From: Myxococcota bacterium
Lineage (GTDB): Bacteria; Myxococcota_A; UBA9160; SZUA-336
Assembly: GCA_044450765.1 (NCBI GenBank)
Contig: JBIOJK010000001.1
Location: 36,092 to 100,091, forward strand
Direction: 5' to 3'
Length of the DNA: 64,000 nt
The position numbers and the translations under genes were made by a program. How positions within the stretch are numbered: position 1 is the first letter of the stretch; each line of letters begins with the position of its first letter. Below the pieces are notes generated by a model. That model searched no databases and had not been told where the DNA came from. It saw only the letters and a list, made by a program, of their open reading frames with translations. Below are positions 45,709 through 55,110 of the stretch, one piece after another.

Positions 45709-46451
45709 TCACTCCCCCTGCCGTAGCGCCGCCAGAGCCGCGCGATCTCGGCGAAGGCGACGAAGAAGTCGCTCGCCCTGACCTTCGACCCTGCGACGTC
45801 CTCCCAGCGCTCGAGCGGCAGCTCGTAGAGCGCGCGCTCCGCCGCCGCGTGGCCGCGCTCGCGCGTGAGGCGGGCGAGCAGCTCGACGTCGAACGTCCAG
45901 TTCACGCTGAACGGCTCGTCGAAGAGCGCGGCCAGCGCTGCGCCGTTGCGCATGAGCTTCGCGCCGCACTGCGAATCGTAGATGGGAAGCCGCAGAAACA
46001 GAGACACTCCCGTCGCGAAAATCCGGCCGAGATAGTGCCGGATCGGGCTCCGACGCACCAACCGGCCCAGCAGCTGGACGCGCGCGCCGAGAACCAGCTC
46101 GACACCGGGATGCGTCGCCAGCACCTCGCGGAAGCGCGCGATCTCGTCGAGCGGCGTGGCCAAGTCCGCGTCCCAGTAGCCGACGAGCTCGGCGCCCGAC
46201 TTGAAGGCGGAGCGCAGTCCCTGCCGCACGGCCTCGGCCTTGCCGCGGTTGCGCTCCAGCGCGAGTACGCTCGCGCGCCCGGGCAACGCCCGCTCGAGCT
46301 CGCGCAGCCGGTCGAGCGTCTCGTCGGTGCTGCCATCGTCCACGAACAGGAAGTCGACGTCGGCGACGCGCGCGCAGTAGGCGCGAAACGCGTCGCCGGG
46401 CAGACGCTTCGCCTCGTTGAAACACGGGACGACGATCTGCGCGGCGGCCAT
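45705..46451 (-). CDS. glycosyltransferase family 2 (DPM/DPG-synthase-like)
   Basis: 248 aa from ATG 46451 (MAAAQIVVPCFNE); FVDDGSTDET, WDADLATP (DXD) motifs. Confidence 0.75.
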   Translation of the reverse strand: MAAAQIVVPCFNEAKRLPGDAFRAYCARVADVDFLFVDDGSTDETLDRLRELERALPGRASVLALERNRGKAEAVRQGLRSAFKSGAELVGYWDADLATPLDEIARFREVLATHPGVELVLGARVQLLGRLVRRSPIRHYLGRIFATGVSLFLRLPIYDSQCGAKLMRNGAALAALFDEPFSVNWTFDVELLARLTRERGHAAAERALYELPLERWEDVAGSKVRASDFFVAFAEIARLWRRYGRGSE

Positions 46452-46652
46452 CGACTCCCCCCGGGCGGCAGCGTAGCAAGCTCTCACCGCTGGGCCATGC
46501 CGAACGACCTGCGCCCCCTCCTGACCCGGCCTACGCTGCTCTGTGTCAGGGCAGCGCGTGCACGCAAGTCGAGCGCGAGTGAGCGCGCCATCCTCTCGCG
46601 TGCGCTGCGGGGATGGGCACGCGGCTTGCGAGGCGAATCACACAGGAGGAGT

Positions 46653-46997
46653 GGCGTGGTTCGAGTCGCGGCGATCATCAAACCGTTCAAGCTGGACGAT
46701 CTGAAGCACTCGCTGAACGAGGTCGGCGTCGAGGGCATGACGGTTTCGGAGGTGAGGGGCTTCGGCCAGCAGAGGGGCCACGTGGAGCTCTACCGCGGCT
46801 CCGAGTATGCAGTCGACTTCCTGCCGAAGCTGAAGGTCGAGCTGGTGATTCGCGACGATACTCTGCTGAAGGTGACCGGCGCCGTGATCGACGCGTGCCG
46901 AACCGGGAAGTTCGGAGACGGCAAAATCTTCGTGACTCCGATCTCCGAGTGCGTGCGCATTCGCACCGGCGAGCGCGGAGACGAGGCGCTCTCGTGA
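46653..46997 (+). CDS. glnB: nitrogen regulatory protein P-II
   Basis: 114 aa from GTG with AGGAGGAG upstream; VAAIIKPFKLDDLKHSLNEVGVEGMTVSEVRGFGQQRG...T-loop...KIFVTPISECVRIRTGE matches GlnB/GlnK closely. Confidence 0.8.
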   Translation, partial: GVVRVAAIIKPFKLDDLKHSLNEVGVEGMTVSEVRGFGQQRGHVELYRGSEYAVDFLPKLKVELVIRDDTLLKVTGAVIDACRTGKFGDGKIFVTPISECVRIRTGERGDEALS

Positions 46998-47007
46998 CTC
47001 CGCCGGG

Positions 47008-48747
47008 CTAGGCAGGGGCCGGACCGGCCCGGACCAGCGGCGAGGACTCGAGGCTTCCGTCGCCTCGGAACGCGAGTCGCCGGCGGTGATATCTCTCGAT
47101 CGCCGCGCGGTGGCCGATGCTGATCCAGGTCGTCTCCGGGAGCTCCCGCTCGAGCAGCGCATAGAGCTGGCCCTCCGTGTCGCTGTCGAGCGAGGAGCTC
47201 GCCTCGTCGAGAAACAGCCACTTCGGCTTCTGCAGGAGAGCGCGCGCGAACGCCACGCGCTGCTGCTCGCCGGGCGAGAGCCGGCGCTCCCAGTGGTCCG
47301 ACTCGTCGAGGCGACTCAGCAGGTGTTCGAGGCGGCACGCGCGCAGCGCCGCGCGCAGCGCATCGTCCGAGAACGCCTCCGCCGCCGACGGGTACGCGAG
47401 CGCGGCGCGCAGGCTGCCGATCGGCAGATAGGGCTTCTGCGGCAGGAAGAGACACTCCGCGCTGGGCGGCCGCTCGATCGCACCGGCGCCGAACGGCCAG
47501 ATTCCGGCGAGCGCGCGGAACAGAGTGCTCTTTCCGCTGCCGGACGCGCCGGTCACCAGCACCGGCTCGCCGCGCGCGAGCTTCTGATCCACTCCGGAGA
47601 GCAGCGCGTCGCCGTTCGGCAGCGCAACGGTGAGCCCGCGCAGCGCGATCTCGCCGTCGTTGCCTGGAGCAATCGCGATGCCCTCCTCGAGCGCCGCCGC
47701 GCGCACCGCGACGAGCGCGCGCCGGAAGCTGATCAACCGGTCGACGGTCGCCTTCCACTCGGCGAGGTCGACGTACGCGCCGACGAACCAGGACAGTGAG
47801 TCCTGCACGCGGCCGAAGGCGTTCGAGATCTGCATCAGACCGCCGAGCTGGATCTCCTTGGCGAAGAAGCGCGGCGCCGCGACGATGAACGGGAACAGCG
47901 TCGCGGCCTGGTCGTAGCTCGCCGTGAGCGCGCCGATCTTCTTGCGCCGGCGCATGATCTCCCACCAGTTCGTCCACACGTAGGCGAACAGGTGGGAGAG
48001 CCGGCGCCCCTCGTCGGCCTCGCCGCGATACAGCGCGATGCCCTCGGCGCTCTCGCGCACGCGCACCAGCCCGAAGCGGAAGTCCGCCTCGAGCCGCTGC
48101 TGCTGGAAGTTGAGGCCCGAGAGCGGCCGGCCCACGACATGCGTCAACCAGGTGCCCAGGATCGAGTAGGCGAGCGCCGCCCAGACCATGTAACCCGGGA
48201 TCGCGAGCGACGTGCCCGGGAGCGTGAACGAGCCGGAGACCGTCCACAGGATCCCGACGAACGACGCGAGAGTCACGACCGCATTCAGCAGGCCGAGTGA
48301 CAGCTCCAGGCTCGCGCCGACGAACAGCCGCAAGTCGTCCGCGATGCGCTGATCCGGGTTGTCCGCCTTGGTCTCGTAGAGCGGCAGCCGGTAGTAGGCG
48401 CGCTCCGCGAGCCAGTCACCGACGTAGCGATCGGTGAGCCAGCGGCGCCAGCGGATCTCGAGCATCTGGCGCCAGTAGATCTGGTACACGACGACGACGA
48501 TGAACGTGCCGGCGAGGCCCGCGAAATACAGGATCAGGCGCCGGAACGCGTCCTGATCGAGGTTCTGCAGCGCGTCGTAGAACTTCTGGTACCAGGTGTT
48601 CAGCGCGACCAGCAGCCCGACGCGCGCCAGACTGAGCGCGACCACCACGAAGAGCAGGCCGCGCGCGGGCCAGCGCTCCTCCGAGTTCCAGTACGGCGCG
48701 GCCAGGATCCGGAAGTCGCGCAGAAAGTCACCGAGCTTCGCGAACAT
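47008..48747 (-). CDS. ABC transporter fused permease/ATPase, SbmA/BacA/ABCD (ABC_membrane_2) family
   Basis: 579 aa; N-terminal 6-TM domain of the BacA/ABCD type, C-terminal NBD with Walker A GASGSGKST, signature LSPGEQQRVAFARAL, Walker B LFLDEASSSLD. Confidence 0.8.
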   Translation of the reverse strand: MFAKLGDFLRDFRILAAPYWNSEERWPARGLLFVVVALSLARVGLLVALNTWYQKFYDALQNLDQDAFRRLILYFAGLAGTFIVVVVYQIYWRQMLEIRWRRWLTDRYVGDWLAERAYYRLPLYETKADNPDQRIADDLRLFVGASLELSLGLLNAVVTLASFVGILWTVSGSFTLPGTSLAIPGYMVWAALAYSILGTWLTHVVGRPLSGLNFQQQRLEADFRFGLVRVRESAEGIALYRGEADEGRRLSHLFAYVWTNWWEIMRRRKKIGALTASYDQAATLFPFIVAAPRFFAKEIQLGGLMQISNAFGRVQDSLSWFVGAYVDLAEWKATVDRLISFRRALVAVRAAALEEGIAIAPGNDGEIALRGLTVALPNGDALLSGVDQKLARGEPVLVTGASGSGKSTLFRALAGIWPFGAGAIERPPSAECLFLPQKPYLPIGSLRAALAYPSAAEAFSDDALRAALRACRLEHLLSRLDESDHWERRLSPGEQQRVAFARALLQKPKWLFLDEASSSLDSDTEGQLYALLERELPETTWISIGHRAAIERYHRRRLAFRGDGSLESSPLVRAGPAPA

Positions 48748-48806
48748 CGACGCACTCCTCGCAGGCGGGCGCGAGAGAGTACCCTGGTGCTCGGGGGGCG
48801 GCAGGC

Positions 48807-49667
48807 ATGAAGTGGGAGGGCGAGCGCGAGAGCGACGCGGTCGAAGATCGACGCGGCCTGCGCTTGGGACCGGGCGGCGCAGCGATCGGCGGCGGAGGGC
48901 TGCTCCTGGTGCTGCTCTTCTCGGTCCTCACGGGCACGGACCCGACACAAGTGCTCGAGATCGCGCAGAGCGTATCCGACGGGCGCAGCGCGCCGAGCGA
49001 GACCGGACCCGTCGGCGCGCCCGCGGACGAGGCGGGCAAGTTCGCAGCCGTCGTGCTGGCTTCGACCGAGGACGTCTGGAGCGAGGTCTTCGAGGAGCGC
49101 GGCCAGCGCTACGAGCGGCCCCGTTTGGTGCTGTTCAGCGACGCGGTGCGCTCGGCGTGCGGAACCGCGCAGTCCGCCGTCGGACCCTTCTACTGTCCGC
49201 CCGACTCACAGGTCTATCTCGATCTCTCGTTCTTCCGCGAGCTCGAGCAGCGCTTCGGCGCGCCCGGCAACTTCGCGCGCGCCTACGTGATCGCGCACGA
49301 GGTCGGCCACCACGTGCAGAACCTGCTGGGGCTGTCCGAGAAGATCTCGTCGGCCCAGCGGCGAGTCACCCGCGAGCAGGCGAACGAGCTCTCGGTCCGG
49401 ATGGAGCTGCAGGCGGACTGCTTCGCGGGAGTCTGGGGCGAGCGCGCGAACCGCGAGCGCGCCTGGCTCGAGCCGGGCGACGTCGAGGCCGGCCTCGCCG
49501 CCGCGGCCGCGATCGGCGACGACACGCTCCAGCGCGAGTCGGGTGGCGCCGTCCAACCCGAGAGCTGGACTCACGGCTCGTCCGCGATGCGCGTGAAGTG
49601 GCTGAAGACCGGTCTTCGCTCGGGGAAGATGGAGGACTGCGACACGTTCGACGAGAAGGGCTTCTAG
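48807..49667 (+). CDS. neutral zinc metallopeptidase (YpfJ/Zn_peptidase_2 family)
   Basis: N-terminal TM (LLLVLLFSVL), HEVGHHVQ zinc motif, downstream Glu; CPPDSQVYLDLSFF segment typical of the family. Confidence 0.75.
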   Translation: MKWEGERESDAVEDRRGLRLGPGGAAIGGGGLLLVLLFSVLTGTDPTQVLEIAQSVSDGRSAPSETGPVGAPADEAGKFAAVVLASTEDVWSEVFEERGQRYERPRLVLFSDAVRSACGTAQSAVGPFYCPPDSQVYLDLSFFRELEQRFGAPGNFARAYVIAHEVGHHVQNLLGLSEKISSAQRRVTREQANELSVRMELQADCFAGVWGERANRERAWLEPGDVEAGLAAAAAIGDDTLQRESGGAVQPESWTHGSSAMRVKWLKTGLRSGKMEDCDTFDEKGF

Positions 49668-50512
49668 CTCGCGTAGCGCTGGGATGAAGCCTTCATGAAG
49701 CGCAGCAGCATCCTCATCGCCGCGACGTCCCTGCCCTGCGCGTCGGTCGCGCGCGAGTCGAACCAGAGATACTCGGTCTTCGGGCTCTGGCCGACGGCCG
49801 CCACCTGGCCGGTCACGGTGTAAGTCGCGTCGAGCAGGATCGGGCCGGCGAGGTGCGCGACCTCGATCGCACCGAAGAGTCCGACCGCGCGGCCCGTGTG
49901 CTCGCGCAGCGCGCGCGTCGGCGCGGCCCAGAGCAGCTCGACGGCGGCGGACGGCGCCGCGATCGGACCGCCCCAGGGCGACGGACCCGTATACCAGTCC
50001 AGCGGCCCGCTGCACAGGTCGCGCGCGATGCGCTCCCGCTGGCGCTCGGGGCCGAGCCGCACCTTCTCGACGCCGAGCTCCATGCCGGGCCGGAGCGCAG
50101 CCAGGATGCGCAGCTCCGCGGGGTCGCAGCCGCGCAGGTCGCGCGTCCGCAGCGCGGAGCGCGACGGATCGCCGAGCGAGGCCGTGCCTTCGCAGACGTC
50201 GAGCCCGTCGTCGCGCTTCATGTAGACACCGATCTGTGTCGCCCCGCCGACCGGCTCCTCGGCGTAGGCGCGCACCGCCTCGCGGTCGACCGTGGCGTTC
50301 TGAAAGTAGAGTGACAGCGCGCCCGTCTCGAAGAAGGCCGGGCCGAAGATCCGCAGCAGGAGCGGCGGGAACTGGTCCATGTGCACGCTGCCCGCCACCG
50401 TGCCGCCGCGGAAGCCGAGCTTCGACGCGGTGGCGTCGTCGTGGATGCTGCCTTTCTGATCCGCCGCGCCGTTGCGGGCCTGCCGGAGCTCCCCCTCGAG
50501 AATGACCATCGC
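49664..50512 (-). CDS. hypothetical protein
   Basis: About 282 aa from Met17 (MVILEGEL); balanced composition; no family recognised; alternative start at 50560 shares a CCATGG with the divergent gene. Confidence 0.4.
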   Translation of the reverse strand, partial: AMVILEGELRQARNGAADQKGSIHDDATASKLGFRGGTVAGSVHMDQFPPLLLRIFGPAFFETGALSLYFQNATVDREAVRAYAEEPVGGATQIGVYMKRDDGLDVCEGTASLGDPSRSALRTRDLRGCDPAELRILAALRPGMELGVEKVRLGPERQRERIARDLCSGPLDWYTGPSPWGGPIAAPSAAVELLWAAPTRALREHTGRAVGLFGAIEVAHLAGPILLDATYTVTGQVAAVGQSPKTEYLWFDSRATDAQGRDVAAMRMLLRFMKASSQRYAS

Positions 50513-50558
50513 GCCCTCCTTCGGGCGAATTCTACGCCTCTCGCGATATGCTTCGGCC

Positions 50559-51749
50559 ATGGAGAAGCTCGATCACCCGGTCTTCGACTGCGACAACCAC
50601 TACTACGAGGCGCTGGACGCGTTCACGCGCCACCTCGACCCGCGGCTCGGCCCGCGCTGCGTGCAGTGGGCGGAGATCGGCGGGCGCAAGTATCACGTGA
50701 TCGGCGGCGTGGTCTCGCACGCGGTCACGAACCCGACCTTCAACCCGATCGCGAAGCCCGGCGCCATGCACGAGTACTTCCGCGGCAACCCGAATGGGAA
50801 GTCACCGATCGAGTTCCTGCGCGAGCGCGAGCCGATCCCGGCCGCGTACCGCGAGCGCGACGCGCGCCTGGCCGCGCTGGACCGCCAGGGCCTCGAAGCG
50901 ATCTGGTTGTTCCCGACCCTGGGCGTGCTCTACGAGGAGCTGCTGAAGCGGGACACGGAAGCGGTCGCGCTGACGTTCCGCGCCTTCAACCGCTGGCTCG
51001 ACGAAGACTGGGGCGTGAACTACCAGGGCCGCATCTTCGCCGCGCCCTACATTCCGATGTGTAGCCCGGAGATGGCGATCGGCGAGCTCGACTGGTCGCT
51101 CGCGCGCGGCGCGCGCGTGGTGTGCATGCGCCCCGCGCCGGCCTGGACCGCGACGGGGCCCCGCTCGCCGGGCGACGCGATCTTCGACCCGTTCTGGGCG
51201 CGCGCGAACGAGGCGGGAGTCACCGTCGTGGTCCACGCCGCGGACAGCGGCTACAGCTCGAACGGCTACGCGCGCGACGGCTTCGGCGCCACCTTCGACG
51301 GCGGCGGCTGGAAGCCGTCGATCAAGTCGTTCAACATCGAGCGCGCCGCGCACGACTTCCTGATCACGCTGGTCTTCGAGAAGCTCTTCGACCGCTTTCC
51401 GAACCTGCGCATCGCCTCGGTGGAGAACGGCTCCGACTATCTCGCAGACCTGTTCAAGAAGCTGCGCTCCACGGCGAAGAAGATGCCGGGCTACTTCAAG
51501 GAAGATCCGATCGAGACGTTCCGGCGCCACGTCTGGATCAACCCGTTCTGGGAGGACGACGTCAACGAGATCAGCGCGCTGATGGGCCCCGAGCGCGTGA
51601 TCTTCGGCTCCGACTGGCCGCACATCGAAGGCATGCCGCAGCCGCTCGACTACGTCGCCGAGCTCGCGAAGTTCGACTCACTCGCCAAGCGCCGCATCCT
51701 GCGCGAGAACACCCGCGAGCTGAACGAGCTCCGGCCCGCGGCGGGATGA
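50559..51749 (+). CDS. amidohydrolase_2 family metal-dependent hydrolase
   Basis: 396 aa from ATG 50559 (MEKLDHPVFDCDNHYYE); HxH-equivalent DCDNHYY start, FGSDWPHIEG C-terminal metal-ligand region. Confidence 0.7.
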   Translation: MEKLDHPVFDCDNHYYEALDAFTRHLDPRLGPRCVQWAEIGGRKYHVIGGVVSHAVTNPTFNPIAKPGAMHEYFRGNPNGKSPIEFLREREPIPAAYRERDARLAALDRQGLEAIWLFPTLGVLYEELLKRDTEAVALTFRAFNRWLDEDWGVNYQGRIFAAPYIPMCSPEMAIGELDWSLARGARVVCMRPAPAWTATGPRSPGDAIFDPFWARANEAGVTVVVHAADSGYSSNGYARDGFGATFDGGGWKPSIKSFNIERAAHDFLITLVFEKLFDRFPNLRIASVENGSDYLADLFKKLRSTAKKMPGYFKEDPIETFRRHVWINPFWEDDVNEISALMGPERVIFGSDWPHIEGMPQPLDYVAELAKFDSLAKRRILRENTRELNELRPAAG

Positions 51750-52237
51750 CGCCCGCCGCTCCGCGCCGCGCGCAGCTCTACGGCCTCGGCACCTCCGTCT
51801 ACGCGGAGCGCGGTGGGAAGATCCTGATCCTGAAGCGCGCGTCGGGTGAGGCGACGGGCGCCTGGTACGCGCCGGGCGGCGGGCTCGACCCCGGGGAAGC
51901 GCCCGCCGAGTGCGCGCGGCGCGAGCTGTTCGAGGAGACCGGGCTCGCGCCTTCCGGCCCGCTCGAGCTGGTGGGCTTGATCCCGATGCGCTTCTACGGC
52001 GTGGAGGGCTTCGTCGTGGCCTACGCCTGCGAGTGTCTGGCCGGCGAGGTGAAGCTGAGTCACGAGCACAGCGGCGCGCGCTGGGTCGATCCGGTCGAGT
52101 ATCGCGACCGCTATCTGTCGGCGGCGGCGATCGAGAAGCTGCGCGCCGCCGATCCGCGCATCGCCGATCTGACCGCCGCCGTGCGCGGGGGGATCGAGGA
52201 GTATCTCGCATGGCGGGCGCGAGTCAGGCCTTCGTAA
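51746..52237 (+). CDS. NUDIX hydrolase
   Basis: Nudix box GGGLDPGEAPAECARRELFEETG; ATG overlaps upstream stop (ATGA). Confidence 0.75.
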   Translation: MTPAAPRRAQLYGLGTSVYAERGGKILILKRASGEATGAWYAPGGGLDPGEAPAECARRELFEETGLAPSGPLELVGLIPMRFYGVEGFVVAYACECLAGEVKLSHEHSGARWVDPVEYRDRYLSAAAIEKLRAADPRIADLTAAVRGGIEEYLAWRARVRPS

Positions 52238-52868
52238 CGCGCTTCGCCCGTGCGCCGCGCGCCCAAGGCAGCAGCCGCGCCGAGACCACTCGCTCGAGCG
52301 CCGCCTTCGCGTCCTTCGGGTCGGGTAAGTCTTCCGGTAGCCGAAGGCGGGCCCGCAGGTGGTCCCAGCTCTCGAGCTCCCTCGTGTGTCTCCCGGACTC
52401 GGTGTGTATCTCGCGCGAGTAGACGAGCAGCCGGCGCTCCAGCTCGCGCGCCGCGTCGCCCGGCTTGCTCGCCGCGGACCAACGCGGGAGCTGGTCGAGG
52501 CGCAGCGTTCCGGCGCGGCGCGCTCGGCCGAGCAGTGACTGAGCGGCGCGAGACAGCCCCGCGCTCTGCCACGGCTGGGACGAACACGCGACCGCGAGCA
52601 GCGGCGGCCACAGCGCCCGATGCACGAGCGTGACCTTGCCCTTCACGAGCTTGAGCTGGAGCAGCTCGGGTGACTCCTCGAGCTCCTCGAGCACCCAGAA
52701 GATGAGGTTCGATCGGGGGTGCGACCACCACGAGCCTCGGATCGGCTCGCCGGCCACGAGCGACGCGACGCTCGGAAGATCCGGATCCGCCTGCAGCAGC
52801 CAGCACCGCTCGCGCAGCGCTTCCAGCACGCGCTTCGCGACGACCGCGGTGTCCGCCGGGCGACTCAC
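52224..52868 (-). CDS. hypothetical protein
   Basis: 214 aa; non-repetitive composition; no family recognised; 14-nt convergent overlap with the NUDIX gene. Confidence 0.35.
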   Translation of the reverse strand: MSRPADTAVVAKRVLEALRERCWLLQADPDLPSVASLVAGEPIRGSWWSHPRSNLIFWVLEELEESPELLQLKLVKGKVTLVHRALWPPLLAVACSSQPWQSAGLSRAAQSLLGRARRAGTLRLDQLPRWSAASKPGDAARELERRLLVYSREIHTESGRHTRELESWDHLRARLRLPEDLPDPKDAKAALERVVSARLLPWARGARAKRVTKA

Positions 52869-52880
52869 TCGGCGCGATCT

Positions 52881-54605
52881 CTACGCAGCTCCGTGCCGCA
52901 GCAGCTTTCCCGGAGTGGCGCCGGTGCACTTGCCGTTCTCGAACGTGATCTCGCCGTTCACCAGCGTCCAGTGATAGCCCGAGGCGCGCTGCACGCGCCG
53001 CCACTCGCCGCCCGGCAGGTCGTGGACGACCTCGGAGTCCCACCAGTCCGGCAGCCGCCTCAAGCCCGCCAGGTCGTACACGACGATGTCCGCCGGCCAG
53101 CCGACCGCGAGCGCGCCGCGGTCGCGGAAGCCCGCCGCGCGCGCAGGCAGATACGAGAGCTTGTAGTGCGCCTCTTCCAGGGTCAGCCGCTTCTCGTCGC
53201 GCACCAGCCACGCGAGCGTGTCGGTCGTGTACGACCCCGAGGTGAGGAACTTCGTGTGCGCGCCGCCGTCCGAGACGCCGGGAATCACGTACGGTGACGC
53301 GAGCAGCTCGCCCACGTACTCCGCGTTGTCGCTGGTCGCGCTCTTGGTCAGGAAGCCCGCCGTCAGATCGCTCGCCAGCGACAGCTTCACCGCCGCCTCG
53401 ACCGGGTGAACACCGAGCTGTGTCGCGATCTCGCCGACCGTCTGGCCGATGTACGCGTCGAGCTCGGGCGCGTTCTTGGCGCCCTCGAAGACGTGGCCCG
53501 ACACGGGCCCGCCGAGGATCGGCGTCTGCAGCCTGCCTGCGTCGTGCTCCGTCGCCATCGCGCGCACGAGCTCGGGGTCAGCGAGCTTCCGCTTCTTCTC
53601 GTCGTGACTCCCGGTCAGCGCGCGGTTCCAGGCCGGGCTCGAGTCGAACAGGTTCCAGTCCTCGAACGTGAAGCGGAACGGCGCGCGGATCGAGTTCGCC
53701 TGACCGAACATCGGGATGCCGCGCTGGTGACAGCTGGCCAGCCAGTCGACGAACATCTTGTGCACCCACTCCATGCCGTTCACGGCGAGCACGACGTTGA
53801 ACAGCACCGGCCGGCCGGCGGCGATCGCGACGTCCTCGCACAGCTTCAAGTCCCGGGGCAAGTCGCCCGTGGCGTTGGTGAGCTGGATGAACCCCTCGCC
53901 GCGGCGGCCGAGGGCGCGGCCGAACGCGAGCAGGTCCGACTCACTCATCGTGTCCGTGACCATCGGCGTGCCGTCGTAGTCCGCCTGGATCGAGTGGGCG
54001 CCGGTGCGCTGCGCCGACCAGCCGAGCGCGCCCGCGTCCATCGCCTCGTCGAGCAGCCGGATCATCCCGGACATCTCGACCTCGTTCGCGGCGCGGGTCT
54101 TCGCGGCGCCCAGGCCCATGACGTAGATCATCAGCGGCGCGAGCGGCGCGTAAGTCAGACAGTTCACGCCCTTGGGGATCCGCTCGAGCGTGCGCATCCA
54201 CTCCGGGAACGTCTCCCAATCCCAGAGCATCCCCTCGCGCATCGAGCCCATCGGGATCGCTTCGAGCCGAGACATCGTCAACATCGCGCGCTCGCGCTCC
54301 GCGGCGTGGACCGGCGCGAAGCCGAAGCCGCAGTTGCCGAGCGCCACCGAGGTGACTCCGTGCCAGCCCGAGATCGTGCACCACGGGTCCCACTGGATCT
54401 GCGCGTCGTAGTGAGTGTGCAGGTCCACGAACCCCGGCGCGACGATCAGCCCGTCCGCGTCGAGCACGCGCTTGGCGCGCGACTTCGCGATGCGCCCGAT
54501 CTCGGCCACGCGGCCCGCGCGAATGCCGACGTCGGCGCGGAACGCGGGAAAGCGCGTGCCGTCGACCACCGTTCCCGCGGAAATGACGAGGTCGAGGTCG
54601 GCCAT
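52881..54605 (-). CDS. N-acyl-D-amino-acid deacylase (D-aminoacylase) family amidohydrolase
   Basis: 574 aa; PGFVDLHTHYD metal motif, long insertion domain, GVSDGGAHTKF, C-terminal beta-sandwich typical of D-aminoacylases. Confidence 0.75.
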   Translation of the reverse strand: MADLDLVISAGTVVDGTRFPAFRADVGIRAGRVAEIGRIAKSRAKRVLDADGLIVAPGFVDLHTHYDAQIQWDPWCTISGWHGVTSVALGNCGFGFAPVHAAERERAMLTMSRLEAIPMGSMREGMLWDWETFPEWMRTLERIPKGVNCLTYAPLAPLMIYVMGLGAAKTRAANEVEMSGMIRLLDEAMDAGALGWSAQRTGAHSIQADYDGTPMVTDTMSESDLLAFGRALGRRGEGFIQLTNATGDLPRDLKLCEDVAIAAGRPVLFNVVLAVNGMEWVHKMFVDWLASCHQRGIPMFGQANSIRAPFRFTFEDWNLFDSSPAWNRALTGSHDEKKRKLADPELVRAMATEHDAGRLQTPILGGPVSGHVFEGAKNAPELDAYIGQTVGEIATQLGVHPVEAAVKLSLASDLTAGFLTKSATSDNAEYVGELLASPYVIPGVSDGGAHTKFLTSGSYTTDTLAWLVRDEKRLTLEEAHYKLSYLPARAAGFRDRGALAVGWPADIVVYDLAGLRRLPDWWDSEVVHDLPGGEWRRVQRASGYHWTLVNGEITFENGKCTGATPGKLLRHGAA

Positions 54606-54630
54606 CGGATCCCTCCCTACAGCCTCGATT

Positions 54631-55110
54631 CTACCGCGCGGCGGGCTCCAGCAAGGCGATCAACTCGTCCGCGTCGCTCGGGTGCTGCACGCTCGCGACG
54701 CGCAGGCTGTCGAGCACGAGCAGAGTCGGGCGGCCCTCGACGCTCGGAAAGTCCGCGGTCTTCGCGCCGTCGGCGTCGACCAGTAGGCGGTACGGCCGGC
54801 GCCGCAGACCCGGCAGTGCGAACCAGCGGCGCACGAACGCCGACATGCCCGCGAGATCCACGATGTACACCGCCCGGTTTCGCTCGAACAAGGTCGGGCC
54901 CGCCTTCTCGACGGCGCTCTTCACGACGTCTCCCGCGCCCATGTCGCGGCAGAACACGACCGCGCGCAGCGACGGGTCGAGCGCGCGCAAGTTGCCGTGC
55001 TGGTCGGGCAGCTCGATCGGCGGGACGACGCTGTCCGCCGCGTAGGGCTCGGCCGGCGCGCTCGACGCGATCGCCAGCAGCAGCCCAGCGAGCGCGACGC
55101 GCAGCGGTGT
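54631..55110 (-). CDS. hypothetical secreted protein
   Basis: 159 aa from GTG 55110 overlapping upstream stop (GTGA); signal peptide VTPLRVALAGLLLAIASSAPA. Confidence 0.4.
   Translation of the reverse strand, partial: TPLRVALAGLLLAIASSAPAEPYAADSVVPPIELPDQHGNLRALDPSLRAVVFCRDMGAGDVVKSAVEKAGPTLFERNRAVYIVDLAGMSAFVRRWFALPGLRRRPYRLLVDADGAKTADFPSVEGRPTLLVLDSLRVASVQHPSDADELIALLEPAAR

Noticed and set aside
46641-46665. GGTTCGAGTC resembling a tRNA T-arm
   Set aside because: No acceptor stem or D-arm or anticodon structure around it; it encodes the VVRVA N-terminus of the P-II gene. No other tRNA-like segment was seen.
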